Part shown: in pieces, positions 18,701 through 26,684 of the stretch
Position numbering within the stretch: position 1 is the first letter of the stretch
How the letters are laid out: each line of letters opens with the position of its first letter
Virus record (IMG/VR): IMGVR_UViG_3300031519_000090
Location: 1-35,543 of that record
DNA: 35,543 bases
Reading direction: 5' to 3' (one strand)
Origin: a virus
Lineage: Duplodnaviria; Caudoviricetes
Position numbers and translations under genes: made by a program
Notes under the pieces: model-generated
Told to the model about the DNA's origin: nothing
Database searches by the model: none
What the model saw: only the letters and a program-made list of their open reading frames with translations

Positions 18701-21700
18701 AGTAGAATTCTGTAACATCTAAGTCACGTGATATCAAATAGTTGACTACAAATGGCTGGTATCCTGCTGTCTGGTACCTTGTTGTCACTCCAGTATTATT
18801 GTCAGTCACTGTTTCCAAGTGGTACTTGGATGTGGCCAGTGTTTTCCTAATACCCGTATCTGTGTCAATTAGATTTCCTGCTGTGTTGGTTGTCAATCTA
18901 GAAGGATCAAACAGGTTTGAAAAGAATTTAGCCGGTTTAGTCAATGCCAGTGTCTTTATTACATTAAAAGGATATGCACTAGATCTCCTCCATGATGTTT
19001 CTGCTGGACCCCAATCTCCGAATTTCCATGAAGCCTGTCTGCCCGGTATGTCAAAGTTGTCCACAAGTCCTGCCGCAAGTGGATCTAGAAGATTACCTGA
19101 TGCATCGACCGGTAGATAAGTTTTAATTTCTGGCTTGCCATACCTGCCTGGTTCCGTTGCAATGGCATCCCAAAGTACGTCATTGGCCGATGTGTATGGA
19201 GCTGGGCCGTATATTGTTTCCCAGTCCGTTGGCTTCTCTGAATGTCCCAACATCTCCCATGGTCTCACATGCGGAGCATCTGTATCGTAGAAATAGTTGT
19301 ATATGCCTCTCCAGTGTCCCGGAAGAGATTGAATGTTCAGTCTATCTGTGCTTCTCGCATAGTTGTATGTGAATGGAGAACCTTCAACAAAACTTGTGTT
19401 GTTGATGTACTGTACACTGTTCCTGCCTGACCATGTGTAGAAGTCAGTTGCCGCAACATCATTAATTTCTTGTAGTGTGTATTCTGTTGAAGTGAAAGCA
19501 CTGGGCATTACATCGTGTATGTCGAGTAAGGCCGGATCATGTGCTGTCTTAAGATTGTTATAGATCCTTTTCTCTAATTCAATTATTAAATCATCTCTCT
19601 CATCTCCGTATGCTTTTATGATCGATCCATCGTGTTTCCTGATCACTGCTGTGTCAGTTATGTAGGTTGTATCTGTAAATGATTCCGGTTTGTATTTTGG
19701 ATACATTCCGAGTTTAGTCGGACTCGGTGGCATGTAACTGCCTGTTGTGTCTGTGTAATCCTTAATCTTAACTATGTCGCCTTCCGCAAGTGTGGCTGAT
19801 ATGTTCACACTGTCGTCTGTTGTACTGAACGTGTAGTCCGTGCCTAAAATTAATTGCACATCATTTAGGTAAACATAAACTGCCCTGTTGCTGGGTGTTG
19901 TTATATTGTGTTGTGAATCAAGTGCGTAATCCGTCTGTGACGCTCCAAGTACTGTGTAAGTTCTTGTGCTGACATTTTCTCCCCAACCTAGCATGTCCTC
20001 GTAATAGAATGGGAAAGTGCTGTTCCTGCCTGGTGTTATTGCTGTTACAATCTCGTCAACCCTGTCTGCGGCAACCCCTTCATACGCCGTACCTGTTGCA
20101 TGTGTCAGGAATGCATTGTACCATTTCTCGTATTCCTGGTTAGCATGGTCTATTGCCGATATTGTGTTAGAGTCCTGGTCTATCAGACCAAACACTGCCG
20201 GAACTAATGGTGATTCGTGTTGGTGTATGCTACCACCTTTCAATCTCGCATTGGGTTTGTCTCTGAGATTTGTCTCTCCCGGTATAGCACCTGTTACATC
20301 TTGGTTCTTGTCAAACATATCCCTGACATGGCCCAGTATCTGTCCAAAGGTGAATGTTCCCAACTGTTTGTTCAAGCTGTTAGTAGCTAAATTTTCTGGT
20401 ACTTCATATATCCCTTTGTTAACTATCTTGTCGGCACTGCTATAACCAGCAACACGTATCTGATCGTTGACTGCCAAGGCCTTGACAAATTTTACGTATC
20501 TGTTTGTTGTACCGTCAACAAGTGTGTAATCCGTTGTGAGTGTTTTCCTAGAACCGTTCACAGAAACTGAAACTTCTAGGTCTGTTAAGTCTGCAGAATT
20601 TTTGTAGAAATCTATAGGAAACAGTTGCTTTTCTGTATCGTCCACGATGAAAGTCCTTATGACCCTCTGTTTACTCTCGTTTGTCCTTTTTATCCAGGCG
20701 CTCCTTGAGTTGTGAGTTTCCCTACTTGTTGTGTAGTGAAGATGTCCTTCTGCTAGATTCTTTGTTACAGTGGAAGATCCGGATTTGTAAGTGAATGTTC
20801 CCGATGTATGATCCGATTCAAAAACTATGTCGCCAACATTGTTAATTGTGTTGTATTTTACCTTTATGCCCAGGACCGTGTCAGTGGTTGCTGTGTCAGA
20901 CGTTTTAAATTCAAAAACTTTTGCACCAACAAATGTTGAGTTTGGATATGTTGTTGTATCATCGAAACTTATGTGTTTATCGTCCCACATACCAAACAAT
21001 GGCTGTTGGTTTACTCCTGTCTTCTGCTGTGATTCAATCCAGGCAGTGGTTGCATTGTTGTAATAGAAGGTCTTGCCTTGATTCGTTGTTCCAAATTCTA
21101 CAAACACACTGTCCTTGTCAGCTGGAACTCCGTCTGCCTCTTGTGTCAGTGAGATCACTTGTGTGCTGTCGCCTGCTGTCGCAAAGCTGACTTTGTATAT
21201 CCTACCGTTTACTGTGGGATCCGTGTCTGCTGAGAATATCACCCTCATACCTTCTGCAAGTGTGATACCATCCACTATGTAACCTGTTTGGAGCACGACA
21301 TCACTGAATGCATCTGTCGTCACTGTGTCATAAAGTGTCACAGATGTTTTGGCCACAGTACCGTGGTTGTAAAGTGCAAGTCCCGAATCAAATTCAATAA
21401 TAGGTCTCTTGGCCCTGTCATTCTCGTCCAGGTTCGCTGTGAAACCATTTACCCTAGCTGTTTCCTCTATCACAGACTTATGGAACCATCTGTTGTATCT
21501 GGACCATGCGTTCTGATCACGAGAATCCCTCTTTATCGTTATATGGTCTTTGGTTTCTGGTGTGTAGTATGCAAGGGCATAGGGCCTCGAGTCATAATCA
21601 ACCGAATCGTAGAGTATGGTACTTTCTGTGGCATAACTTGCCGGTGTTATAAGATCGTCAACATTGGTCAGTGTTATAGATTCCCCAACACCCTCCACAT

Positions 21701-22718
21701 AGTATTCCTTGTTAAGATATGGTGAATTCGTTGCAAGTTGTCCTGCTGTAAATTTTACTTTCATTCCGTTAGAAAGATTCAATGTTCTTAAGCTGTAATC
21801 CTTGACCCCTACTATGTCGTCTTCGGGATTGATTTTCGCCAGTGTGCTGACATCTCTAATCTGTAATATACCATACATGGCATTATGGTTACCACACTGA
21901 TAGTACAGAGTATCCGGAGTACCTGTAAGTGGTACAGTGAATGTCACTGTGCCGTTTTGGGCACCTTGGTTGGTCACGCCTGTTGAGTAAAGTGTCGACG
22001 TTGAACCATCCTCTGCAACCTGACTCTTGTATGGTTCAGTCATTATGTAGAAAGGATGTCCTTTTGCGTTTACATTAAATTTGTATGTGTTACCCCTGTA
22101 GAGTTTTAGTATGGGATTATTTTCTCCAGGTCTGTGACCAAAATTGTATGCACCCTTGGCAAGATTGACCACATCATATTCTGCAACGACCGACGGTCCC
22201 ACTGAATCTATCTCTATTACATTTGGACCGTTTGGTATCCAGTAGTATTCCCTGTAGTTGACCAACTTGTCATAGTCTATCGCCGGGTTCCAGCTGTAAA
22301 CAATTTCCTTGTTCAGCCTGTCATGGTTGTCCACCTTGCCGCCAAAATAATTGAGCTGGTTAATGTAGTCGTCATACGTTCCTGAAAACTTGACCTGGTC
22401 CTCTGGATTTATTGATGTTGTGTCCCTATCTGTGTATGTAACAGCAGGTTCCAGCTGATATGCCATCCTGTCCATGTTGGTAGCTGTAAGGTATCTATCT
22501 GTTACTGCCCTGGTGTAGGCATCCTGCCTACCGATATGGCCATCCAATCTCTCCAGTTCACCTTTCTGTACCAAAGGATCCAGTGTGCTTGATAGGAATC
22601 TCTGGTTGTTGTCTGTCCTGTAGAACGCCGGTAGATGTTGGACAGTCCTCCTGTACTCATTGTTGCCTTGCTTGACTACTTCGTTGTTGGATAGTGTGTT
22701 TGTTGGATTGTCAGCCAT
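9771..22718 (-). CDS. Giant multidomain baseplate wedge / receptor-binding structural protein (4315 aa; gp7-like position)
   Basis: 12.9-kb uninterrupted ORF coupled directly after gp6. Contains a cupredoxin-like motif, CBM5/12-like motifs, an FG-GAP propeller, GDGxTxxF beta-sandwich repeats and YINEVKPFHTKLR. Confidence 0.8.
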   Translation of the reverse strand: MADNPTNTLSNNEVVKQGNNEYRRTVQHLPAFYRTDNNQRFLSSTLDPLVQKGELERLDGHIGRQDAYTRAVTDRYLTATNMDRMAYQLEPAVTYTDRDTTSINPEDQVKFSGTYDDYINQLNYFGGKVDNHDRLNKEIVYSWNPAIDYDKLVNYREYYWIPNGPNVIEIDSVGPSVVAEYDVVNLAKGAYNFGHRPGENNPILKLYRGNTYKFNVNAKGHPFYIMTEPYKSQVAEDGSTSTLYSTGVTNQGAQNGTVTFTVPLTGTPDTLYYQCGNHNAMYGILQIRDVSTLAKINPEDDIVGVKDYSLRTLNLSNGMKVKFTAGQLATNSPYLNKEYYVEGVGESITLTNVDDLITPASYATESTILYDSVDYDSRPYALAYYTPETKDHITIKRDSRDQNAWSRYNRWFHKSVIEETARVNGFTANLDENDRAKRPIIEFDSGLALYNHGTVAKTSVTLYDTVTTDAFSDVVLQTGYIVDGITLAEGMRVIFSADTDPTVNGRIYKVSFATAGDSTQVISLTQEADGVPADKDSVFVEFGTTNQGKTFYYNNATTAWIESQQKTGVNQQPLFGMWDDKHISFDDTTTYPNSTFVGAKVFEFKTSDTATTDTVLGIKVKYNTINNVGDIVFESDHTSGTFTYKSGSSTVTKNLAEGHLHYTTSRETHNSRSAWIKRTNESKQRVIRTFIVDDTEKQLFPIDFYKNSADLTDLEVSVSVNGSRKTLTTDYTLVDGTTNRYVKFVKALAVNDQIRVAGYSSADKIVNKGIYEVPENLATNSLNKQLGTFTFGQILGHVRDMFDKNQDVTGAIPGETNLRDKPNARLKGGSIHQHESPLVPAVFGLIDQDSNTISAIDHANQEYEKWYNAFLTHATGTAYEGVAADRVDEIVTAITPGRNSTFPFYYEDMLGWGENVSTRTYTVLGASQTDYALDSQHNITTPSNRAVYVYLNDVQLILGTDYTFSTTDDSVNISATLAEGDIVKIKDYTDTTGSYMPPSPTKLGMYPKYKPESFTDTTYITDTAVIRKHDGSIIKAYGDERDDLIIELEKRIYNNLKTAHDPALLDIHDVMPSAFTSTEYTLQEINDVAATDFYTWSGRNSVQYINNTSFVEGSPFTYNYARSTDRLNIQSLPGHWRGIYNYFYDTDAPHVRPWEMLGHSEKPTDWETIYGPAPYTSANDVLWDAIATEPGRYGKPEIKTYLPVDASGNLLDPLAAGLVDNFDIPGRQASWKFGDWGPAETSWRRSSAYPFNVIKTLALTKPAKFFSNLFDPSRLTTNTAGNLIDTDTGIRKTLATSKYHLETVTDNNTGVTTRYQTAGYQPFVVNYLISRDLDVTEFYYKKMKNLSTQLAYKLGGFTDKDNLKVLTDSVSPGSVSGSKFIPDENYKILFRTSNPVKSFQYSGVLIEKNNDATSDGSTLLGGYKILGYSTTKPYFKINYPVKTTTHSAVSVEGATSVKRYTSFQENTQTIPYGYVFNTIQDVTDFLFGYGHWLESQGFKFNRYSNELKETLNWSNAVREFLFWTTQEWAPGSAVTVSPAADGFELDTNNSIVGKLRNLAGDYSLLDAGGRKIDIGEISTKRIGKTFDLSIKSDSIGLYNVALNTVQKEHILLFDNSTVFADIIYDPFTGFRQQRLKLVGWKTAGWNGDYYAPGFVFDSAQVSYWKANTDYRVGDTVEYQGKFYVATANHNSTATFKTVNWKYKIEKPAPQLIPNFDYKISQFNDFYNLESNNFDDSQQQLAQRLIGYQSRDYLENLFVNDVSQYKFYQGYIREKGTQNAIDKILKAQYEGEDINLELYPEWMIRTGRFGNTDSVENIQITLKDNEVYSNPQSVELFDTTNETKEFTRSLSVSKDQMYYKPVEYTASTTFSRLDYTKEGVDREHAQVYKTAGYPQLTQVQHTAFNITDISNLDMNAITTNDLVWVANKSNNDWDVFRITSARLKIAQVQLINDSTQLELTFTSSHGLTGSSPTKLADYFGISNSQELTLNGVYQVSSVTDHKTVIIDYTGNTAFIPTLEDGSTADSYGNIYKFISVRLASMDNVNDLINYADYKDKDEAIEKEGDKVFADTDSSGLWRVYEKQDPYVSKTILSPDVSTADQEFGHNIVARNDGRTVVISAPGKTQGEVHFLFRSNTAAGTIFQSQSTATMTENDDATSRLGESLSMSTDENFVVAGAPFTNTISSDGSTRYTDSGLLKIYLWEPTTFKYGLLNTLTPPEDGSTTDSVQAQNFGWSHKISEPGLSSGRSTATKYLFVGAPGHGDDVGQVYMYEWGIGADGSTYDTWTQNLTITSADPGAGKRFGHRLEANDNGDILAVSSLAPGQAGKVEIYIRSSQANDGSTDHSFTLAQTLEGISADGSSLNTAFGDSMTMTKDGTVLIVGAPGVDDGSTGQIDGGAVYYYKWNADGSTNTYTLQQTIAAPDAQSNMKFGTSVDINDTGTRVVIGAEKAATPREMKIDSGETTFDLQDTTFGDLNTGSGAAYTATMYNTKFVIDDRMVTDNISEDDDFGKGLCIIDNTVFVGAPDDEGNTAISNDGTVACYDLSVSGEHAWKNIASETALIDIDKLGQVFEFNNKSKQVLDHYDLYDPIQGRILGVADREINIKTTWDPAVYNTGTNANIRTPWAENHLGEVWWDLSKIKWTWYQQGDQKFKANNWGNTFPGSSIDICEWTESTFLPSEWQLRTGTQGGTSQGITGTPVNPDDSNYTVIQRYNSRLDTMVNYYYYWVKNKTTVPSNSVVQRKNSTAFVANLIANPRGSGFKYYSVTDTNKLLLTNVGTLLGSDITLNIDIRTNTFDGDAHSVWKLAKEGDKDWRPGTVIETRWWDSLIGQNSTGDLVPDIDLPVNERYGNSVRPRQSWYVDRYSALKEIIDYTNIELKKTQLSGTINLTNLDSKDPEPTAQSLEWDTTIDTYAELTYIDTRDLSGTVRYLVRSDETSNGYWAIYTWDGTEFTRTKLQTYDTSGYWSYTDWYGTDPAIHEMIHNENTPIDKQVTYEYELDTLDLAVGKHVKVTSADTGGWKLFMKTADAYINVGTENGTIRLSTKLYDYSQDATGFAGEDTFDDNFFDQSPATETRKILTALRDDIFINDLAVTYNTLFFTGMRKVLAEQTYVDWMFKTSFINAKNSVRALDQRKSYTTGTDSWIESYINEVKPFHTKLREYRLGHTGTDTQDGIFTDFDSPTFYDAKTGKIRALNVDTDTDKLTEYPWQMWNDYHKKYVSSITVSKGGSGYTKTPTVTIVGGTAGATGPFQILATSSSGSTSGSYGYFYPLFTSQEQAEIYDSQNGGAGTTNSYTFDGYTGTFYGPSTSITAQSTISGAFKMYTTPTTTTATATATVVGGTVTKITVTGIGANYTSTPMVVLTGGTDDGSTPSDTARAYANLNNDLVRDIDTTIKFDRVSSTSSVVDWTASTSYVYGQLIRYKNELYKTTSAFTATTDFNDSTNNLYKVYGDETGLTAADRTKGFYTPTAGMAGNELSQVMLGVDYGGTMVTGLLFSQGQGWDKEGWYDFPWDTYGESRVKAFTADGTTGTFTITPAPAVSDVYQVYVTSNDSTRKKLDGVFRGDGSTTSFTISVVPDAGALVEFIPFDDDGVLTPTDDRTLDSIIKGGLFGSAIGTAPSDILLEGDDFVSPETSYAPEETVPGQLFDTLDIKVYTSPESGVPFISSKNHRGDGTTLTFSIGDYPGTLGSVTVSVNGAIKKLTTDYTVDIANKTITFTSAPAINSVVATRVFAISGENYRVLDQYTGDGSTVTFTTSTRGEFNLDSTVSDMYITIDGVPTTAFSTTTTANAVTVTFNTAPVADTFVQIAGFNKSTTSTRSHASIMNQAVTYDGSTNRYTLTYPPGSIGPLSGLTIIELNGKVLRGPDVSYYTGDGSTYSFNPVVGLGEDSTIDPAKVITSASQIQVHKNGVLLAQGTDYVVNLGTVQGTADNSTATADITTLTADTIGSPERIELVQPASSTDLVAITTLTDNQYFNEGNDIILDVAQIDADSSTLGYQLSENDVLSVTTFNNALGMKLRREVLEGKTNNVFKLRFEPLNGGYTYVWLNGDQQTQGHDFTISGNTITFVGKTITASDRLDVMYFATESAASATGFRIFKDMLNRTFYKRISKTATTELVDDLTDTINTLQVKDGTVLPEPDASSNMPGVVFIDKERIEYFTKNGNTLGQLRRGTLGTGIKDHSDGTLVVDASGTQTIPYADTVHTNTFTGDGSTVIFALSQAPSSASELDIFIGGQRLLLTSEDGSTINYSVDGSTTAVTLSTAPADGTQVKILHKRGQVWYTALDGNPADGKGLQASTTGQAKFIANEPTNAPE

Positions 22719-25700
22719 TAGTATCCTGACCCACTACTGCCGGAACTTGAACTTGATCCCGATCCTGTTGTAGTAGAGCCTGACACTGCTGATCCTGTTG
22801 TCGTATTTGTTGTGGCAGTTGGTGTAGATGTAACCACTGTACCGGAAACCGCCAATTGGTTGGCTCCTAGTGCAGTTATGATTGAAACATCATCAACGGT
22901 GGCCCCACTGATAAAAATCTCGTCTGCCGCTGAATTGATCTGGAACAGAGACCCAAATGTCTGTCCTGATTGGTTTGGCACAATCACTGCTGTCAGTAGA
23001 TCTGGAGCAAGTTGGTTGTGTATGTAAGCGGCTAGTTCTGTGTAGTAAAATGCGTCACCAAAATCCCAGTTGTCTAGTGCAAAGAATTCATTTATCGCGA
23101 CAATGACCCTTGTCTTAATTACTGCGTCTGTGACATTTGTTTTTGTGTTCTTCACAATCTTGAACGTTGCTTGTAATTGTTCATCTGCATTCGTACCAAA
23201 CAGTATCCTGTATTTCACTGGGTGGTAGATGATCTGGTCTGATAAAGATTTCAATGGGTTAAGTGTACCCGAATACGATATTCTCATTTGATCTGATGTT
23301 GAAGCTTCAGGCTTTGTACCTCCGTCCTGTAACCATACTCTAAATAAATTGTCATAAGTTCTTTCTAACATGTACACATCCACGATGTTTGACACACTGG
23401 GATCGATCCTGGTCTCTTGTCCGGCATTGTGCCTGTACTGGAAGCTGATCGAACTCCTGCCTCTTCTCGCTATATAATCAGTTGTAGTTGAGAGTGTGTT
23501 CGTAGTTGAACTGTATTTCTTGATCACGTCCTCTGCGCCATCATAGAAATAGAACAGTTGACCGTCTGTGTACGTGGTAGTGTTCACATTGATGTCTGCT
23601 TCGTTCTCAGCCACGATGAAATTTGTTGCGGCATAGAATCTGTATCTCTCTATTGTGTCGTAAGATATGTATTTTTCAAAGAACACGAATTTAGTCGAAA
23701 TAGAGGTATCCGGTTCAACAAATATGTCAAAAATTTCTGGATTGTCAACAACACCGTCATCGTCATCATCATAGAAGCCAACCTTGACCTTTCTGTTGTC
23801 CTGGAAACCGTCTGCTTCAGTCACTGTGTCCACAACCTGCCATGTTATAGGATAACCTATGCTGTTGCCTGTTGAAACGATAGAGTTCGTTTTGAGAATT
23901 TTTACTGTGTCCTTTACACTCTTGCCCGTCTTGTAGTCGTAAATTTTTTCCTGTGCATCATAATGGAACTTGTTCTGTCCCTCTGATTCAAATATGTATT
24001 CCAGTTTCCTGTACACGACTGTGTATGTGTTCCCATCATTGGTGAACTTGAACCACCAACTAGCATCTACATTGGTTCCTGTTGTACTGCCTGCACCTGC
24101 CGTATCAAACACTGTGCTGGTACTTAGGTTTGTGCTTGTTATAACTTTCCATGCTTCTGAATCTTGATCGTATCTCAGGCCAAATTCCTCGTATGCTTCG
24201 ATCCTGTTTACTATGTCTGCTTCAAGAGTTGCCGAGAATGATGTTGTGAAAGCGGGAATGACTGCATTGAGTACAGCACCGTTTGGTAGTATGTCGTTGA
24301 GCGTGATTGGACCTGTTCCGTCCTCTAGATTACCCACACCCGAATTGGCACCATCCAACACAACTGCACCGACTTTGGCCCATGCTCTATCTTCGGCGTT
24401 GTCTGTTCCTGCCGTTACTAATGTGTCGTTTAAAAATTCCCTTGTGTCCGGTGATGTGAATTTGATCAATGCACCTGTTTTGGCATATTTCAAATTTGAC
24501 GTTGCGAAGTCTCCAACAACCAATGCTCCACCTGATGTGAAGTATCCTGTGTTGGTGTTTGTTCCCGTCGTGGTAGAATTCCATGTTGCTGACAGAGAAC
24601 TTAGATCCTTTGTTGCATATTTCAAATAGTAGAACTGTCTAGCGTATGCTTGTTTTAATTTTGCTTCAACAGATGTATCAATCGTTGACTGTATATCGTT
24701 CCTGTTGTTGAAAGTAAAGGTGAACTGCTGTGTGCTTTCCTCCCTGTAAACTATGCCGTCCTCTGCGAACACGTTCACGTTTGAATAGGCACCTGTTGGA
24801 TCCAACACTTCCTTGGCCCTTGATATGCCTGATGCCGACCTGTTCACTGATCTCACTTTGACTATTTCCTGTGACGCTGAAAGTGGTACCACTTGGTAGT
24901 CTTCAGCAGTTATCATCCTGTTCTGTGAGTAGTAGACCTGTGCGGCCTTCTCCTTGATCGAAGCGTTTGATTCTGTTGCGGCACTGTTGTACACTGATGA
25001 CTTCAGACTTACAGTCAGTGTCAGTATCTGTTGTGCACCGTTGGCATCCACGTATGTAACCGTTAATGTAATACCTTGCATGTCCGCTGGTTGTATTGCA
25101 AACTTGGCATTGTCACTGACCCTGTGATATGTTCTGAATGTACCCAATGGCAAGTTTGAGAAGTTACCATCACCGAACACAAGATCGATCGAGTCATCTG
25201 ATTTTGTTACAACATTATAAGTATTTCGTTCTGCTTTTGACAGTGAATTGTAAATTGCATTGTTGCCTGACAGTGATGGTACCATGGTCCACTGTTCTGA
25301 CAGTTGCCCAAACTGGTCCAACTTGTACAACCACACATCGGTGTCGTTGACATTCGAAACATTAAGACTCTTGACGTAATTTGTTATTGCTGTGTCCACC
25401 GAAAACTCTGTCTGCTGTATTATTCCCTGTTTGAAGAGAAAGAAGAAACCCGTGTTGTTGGAGCTGTCACCGGATCCATCGGATCTGTATGTGTATGTCA
25501 GTCCTGTTCCTGGCACTGGTGATGACTCGTATATTGATTCCGAATTGTTTATCGAACTTGGTACTACTTCGAACGGTCTGTTTGTTCCGCCAATGGATTT
25601 GTTGAAAGAAAATATAGGTAGGTCGGACTGATTAGAACTTAAAGTGTAAACCTCTGTTGCTATACCGCCCACTGTTCCTGACTCCCTAGGTGAACCAAAA

Positions 25701-26206
25701 AGTTGTCCTGTCTGGTTGGCCGCATTCAGTATTGATGTGAACTGTTCTCTGTAATTTGAATTTGCTGAATCATTCCATATAATGTTTGTATTCGCTAGGT
25801 TCGTTCCTGTTGAATCTGTGACATCCTGTGTTGTTGAAATTGAATCAATCTTTAAAAGACCTGTAGCAGGTTTATTTCTACTGGCATTGTAGTTGATAAG
25901 TCTGGCCAATCTTAGAACTGAATTTCTTCTTTCTGCCGTTTCTAGGAAATTTTCTCTTGCATTAAGATCCACCCTGAAAGAAAGTGCCTGTGCCACGTAT
26001 GCGATCAGATCGATCAGTGCAACATACTCCGAACTTTCAACGAAGTCATTGAAATCGTCTGGATAGTTCTCACGCAGATATGCCACCATGGTCCTTCTAA
26101 GTGTCTCGAAGTCGTAACTCTTGAAGTCTGCCTGCTGGAATGATTGGTATATCTTCCTCCAATCTTCGGCAACTAGTAATCGGTTCTGTCTATCTGTTGT
26201 GGCCAT
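22718..26206 (-). CDS. gp6: Baseplate wedge subunit, T4 gp6-like (1162 aa)
   Basis: YDFETLR...LIDLIAY...ENFLETAERRNSVLRLARLINY, FGDG, and QNRMITAEDY are gp6 motifs; follows gp25. Confidence 0.85.
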   Translation of the reverse strand: MATTDRQNRLLVAEDWRKIYQSFQQADFKSYDFETLRRTMVAYLRENYPDDFNDFVESSEYVALIDLIAYVAQALSFRVDLNARENFLETAERRNSVLRLARLINYNASRNKPATGLLKIDSISTTQDVTDSTGTNLANTNIIWNDSANSNYREQFTSILNAANQTGQLFGSPRESGTVGGIATEVYTLSSNQSDLPIFSFNKSIGGTNRPFEVVPSSINNSESIYESSPVPGTGLTYTYRSDGSGDSSNNTGFFFLFKQGIIQQTEFSVDTAITNYVKSLNVSNVNDTDVWLYKLDQFGQLSEQWTMVPSLSGNNAIYNSLSKAERNTYNVVTKSDDSIDLVFGDGNFSNLPLGTFRTYHRVSDNAKFAIQPADMQGITLTVTYVDANGAQQILTLTVSLKSSVYNSAATESNASIKEKAAQVYYSQNRMITAEDYQVVPLSASQEIVKVRSVNRSASGISRAKEVLDPTGAYSNVNVFAEDGIVYREESTQQFTFTFNNRNDIQSTIDTSVEAKLKQAYARQFYYLKYATKDLSSLSATWNSTTTGTNTNTGYFTSGGALVVGDFATSNLKYAKTGALIKFTSPDTREFLNDTLVTAGTDNAEDRAWAKVGAVVLDGANSGVGNLEDGTGPITLNDILPNGAVLNAVIPAFTTSFSATLEADIVNRIEAYEEFGLRYDQDSEAWKVITSTNLSTSTVFDTAGAGSTTGTNVDASWWFKFTNDGNTYTVVYRKLEYIFESEGQNKFHYDAQEKIYDYKTGKSVKDTVKILKTNSIVSTGNSIGYPITWQVVDTVTEADGFQDNRKVKVGFYDDDDDGVVDNPEIFDIFVEPDTSISTKFVFFEKYISYDTIERYRFYAATNFIVAENEADINVNTTTYTDGQLFYFYDGAEDVIKKYSSTTNTLSTTTDYIARRGRSSISFQYRHNAGQETRIDPSVSNIVDVYMLERTYDNLFRVWLQDGGTKPEASTSDQMRISYSGTLNPLKSLSDQIIYHPVKYRILFGTNADEQLQATFKIVKNTKTNVTDAVIKTRVIVAINEFFALDNWDFGDAFYYTELAAYIHNQLAPDLLTAVIVPNQSGQTFGSLFQINSAADEIFISGATVDDVSIITALGANQLAVSGTVVTSTPTATTNTTTGSAVSGSTTTGSGSSSSSGSSGSGY

Positions 26207-26230
26207 AATGTATCAATGTGTTAACAATGA

Positions 26231-26238
26231 TATTTATG
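26231..26238 (-). promoter_or_regulatory. T4-like late promoter variant CATAAATA
   Basis: Intergenic, 24 nt upstream of the gp6 ATG. Confidence 0.55.
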
Positions 26239-26258
26239 TGTTAGGAAATGTGCGTACT

Positions 26259-26684
26259 TTAAGATAGGCGCGACAATGAGTTCTCATCAAAGTTGAATCT
26301 CAATTTCTCGGTGATGTTCAAGGGAACATATGTTATAGTCGCCTGTATTGCTATGCCCTTGTCAGCTTCTGTTACCAGTATCTCCTCTGTGGATATACGT
26401 GGATCTGCATTTAGGTTGGCTGTGATGTCCTCGACAATGGCATCTTTAAGTGACTCTGTGAACGGTTCGAATATGGCGTCATATATTATGGTGCCGAATT
26501 CTGGATTCTCTACCCTCTCACCCTTACGTATGCTCAACCTGTTGATGAGATCCTGCTTGGCCACTTCGAAATCGTACAGCTTGAAGTTGTTCTTGTCCGC
26601 ACGTGAACTGAAACCCTTGAAGGTCACAGACTTGTTTGATAAGCCACCTGCTCCTGAACCCGATCCTGAATCTCCGTATGCCAT
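26259..26684 (-). CDS. gp25: Baseplate wedge protein gp25/GPW family (141 aa)
   Basis: KQDLINRLSIRKGERVENPEFGTIIYDAIFEP and DPRI signature. Confidence 0.9.
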   Translation of the reverse strand: MAYGDSGSGSGAGGLSNKSVTFKGFSSRADKNNFKLYDFEVAKQDLINRLSIRKGERVENPEFGTIIYDAIFEPFTESLKDAIVEDITANLNADPRISTEEILVTEADKGIAIQATITYVPLNITEKLRFNFDENSLSRLS

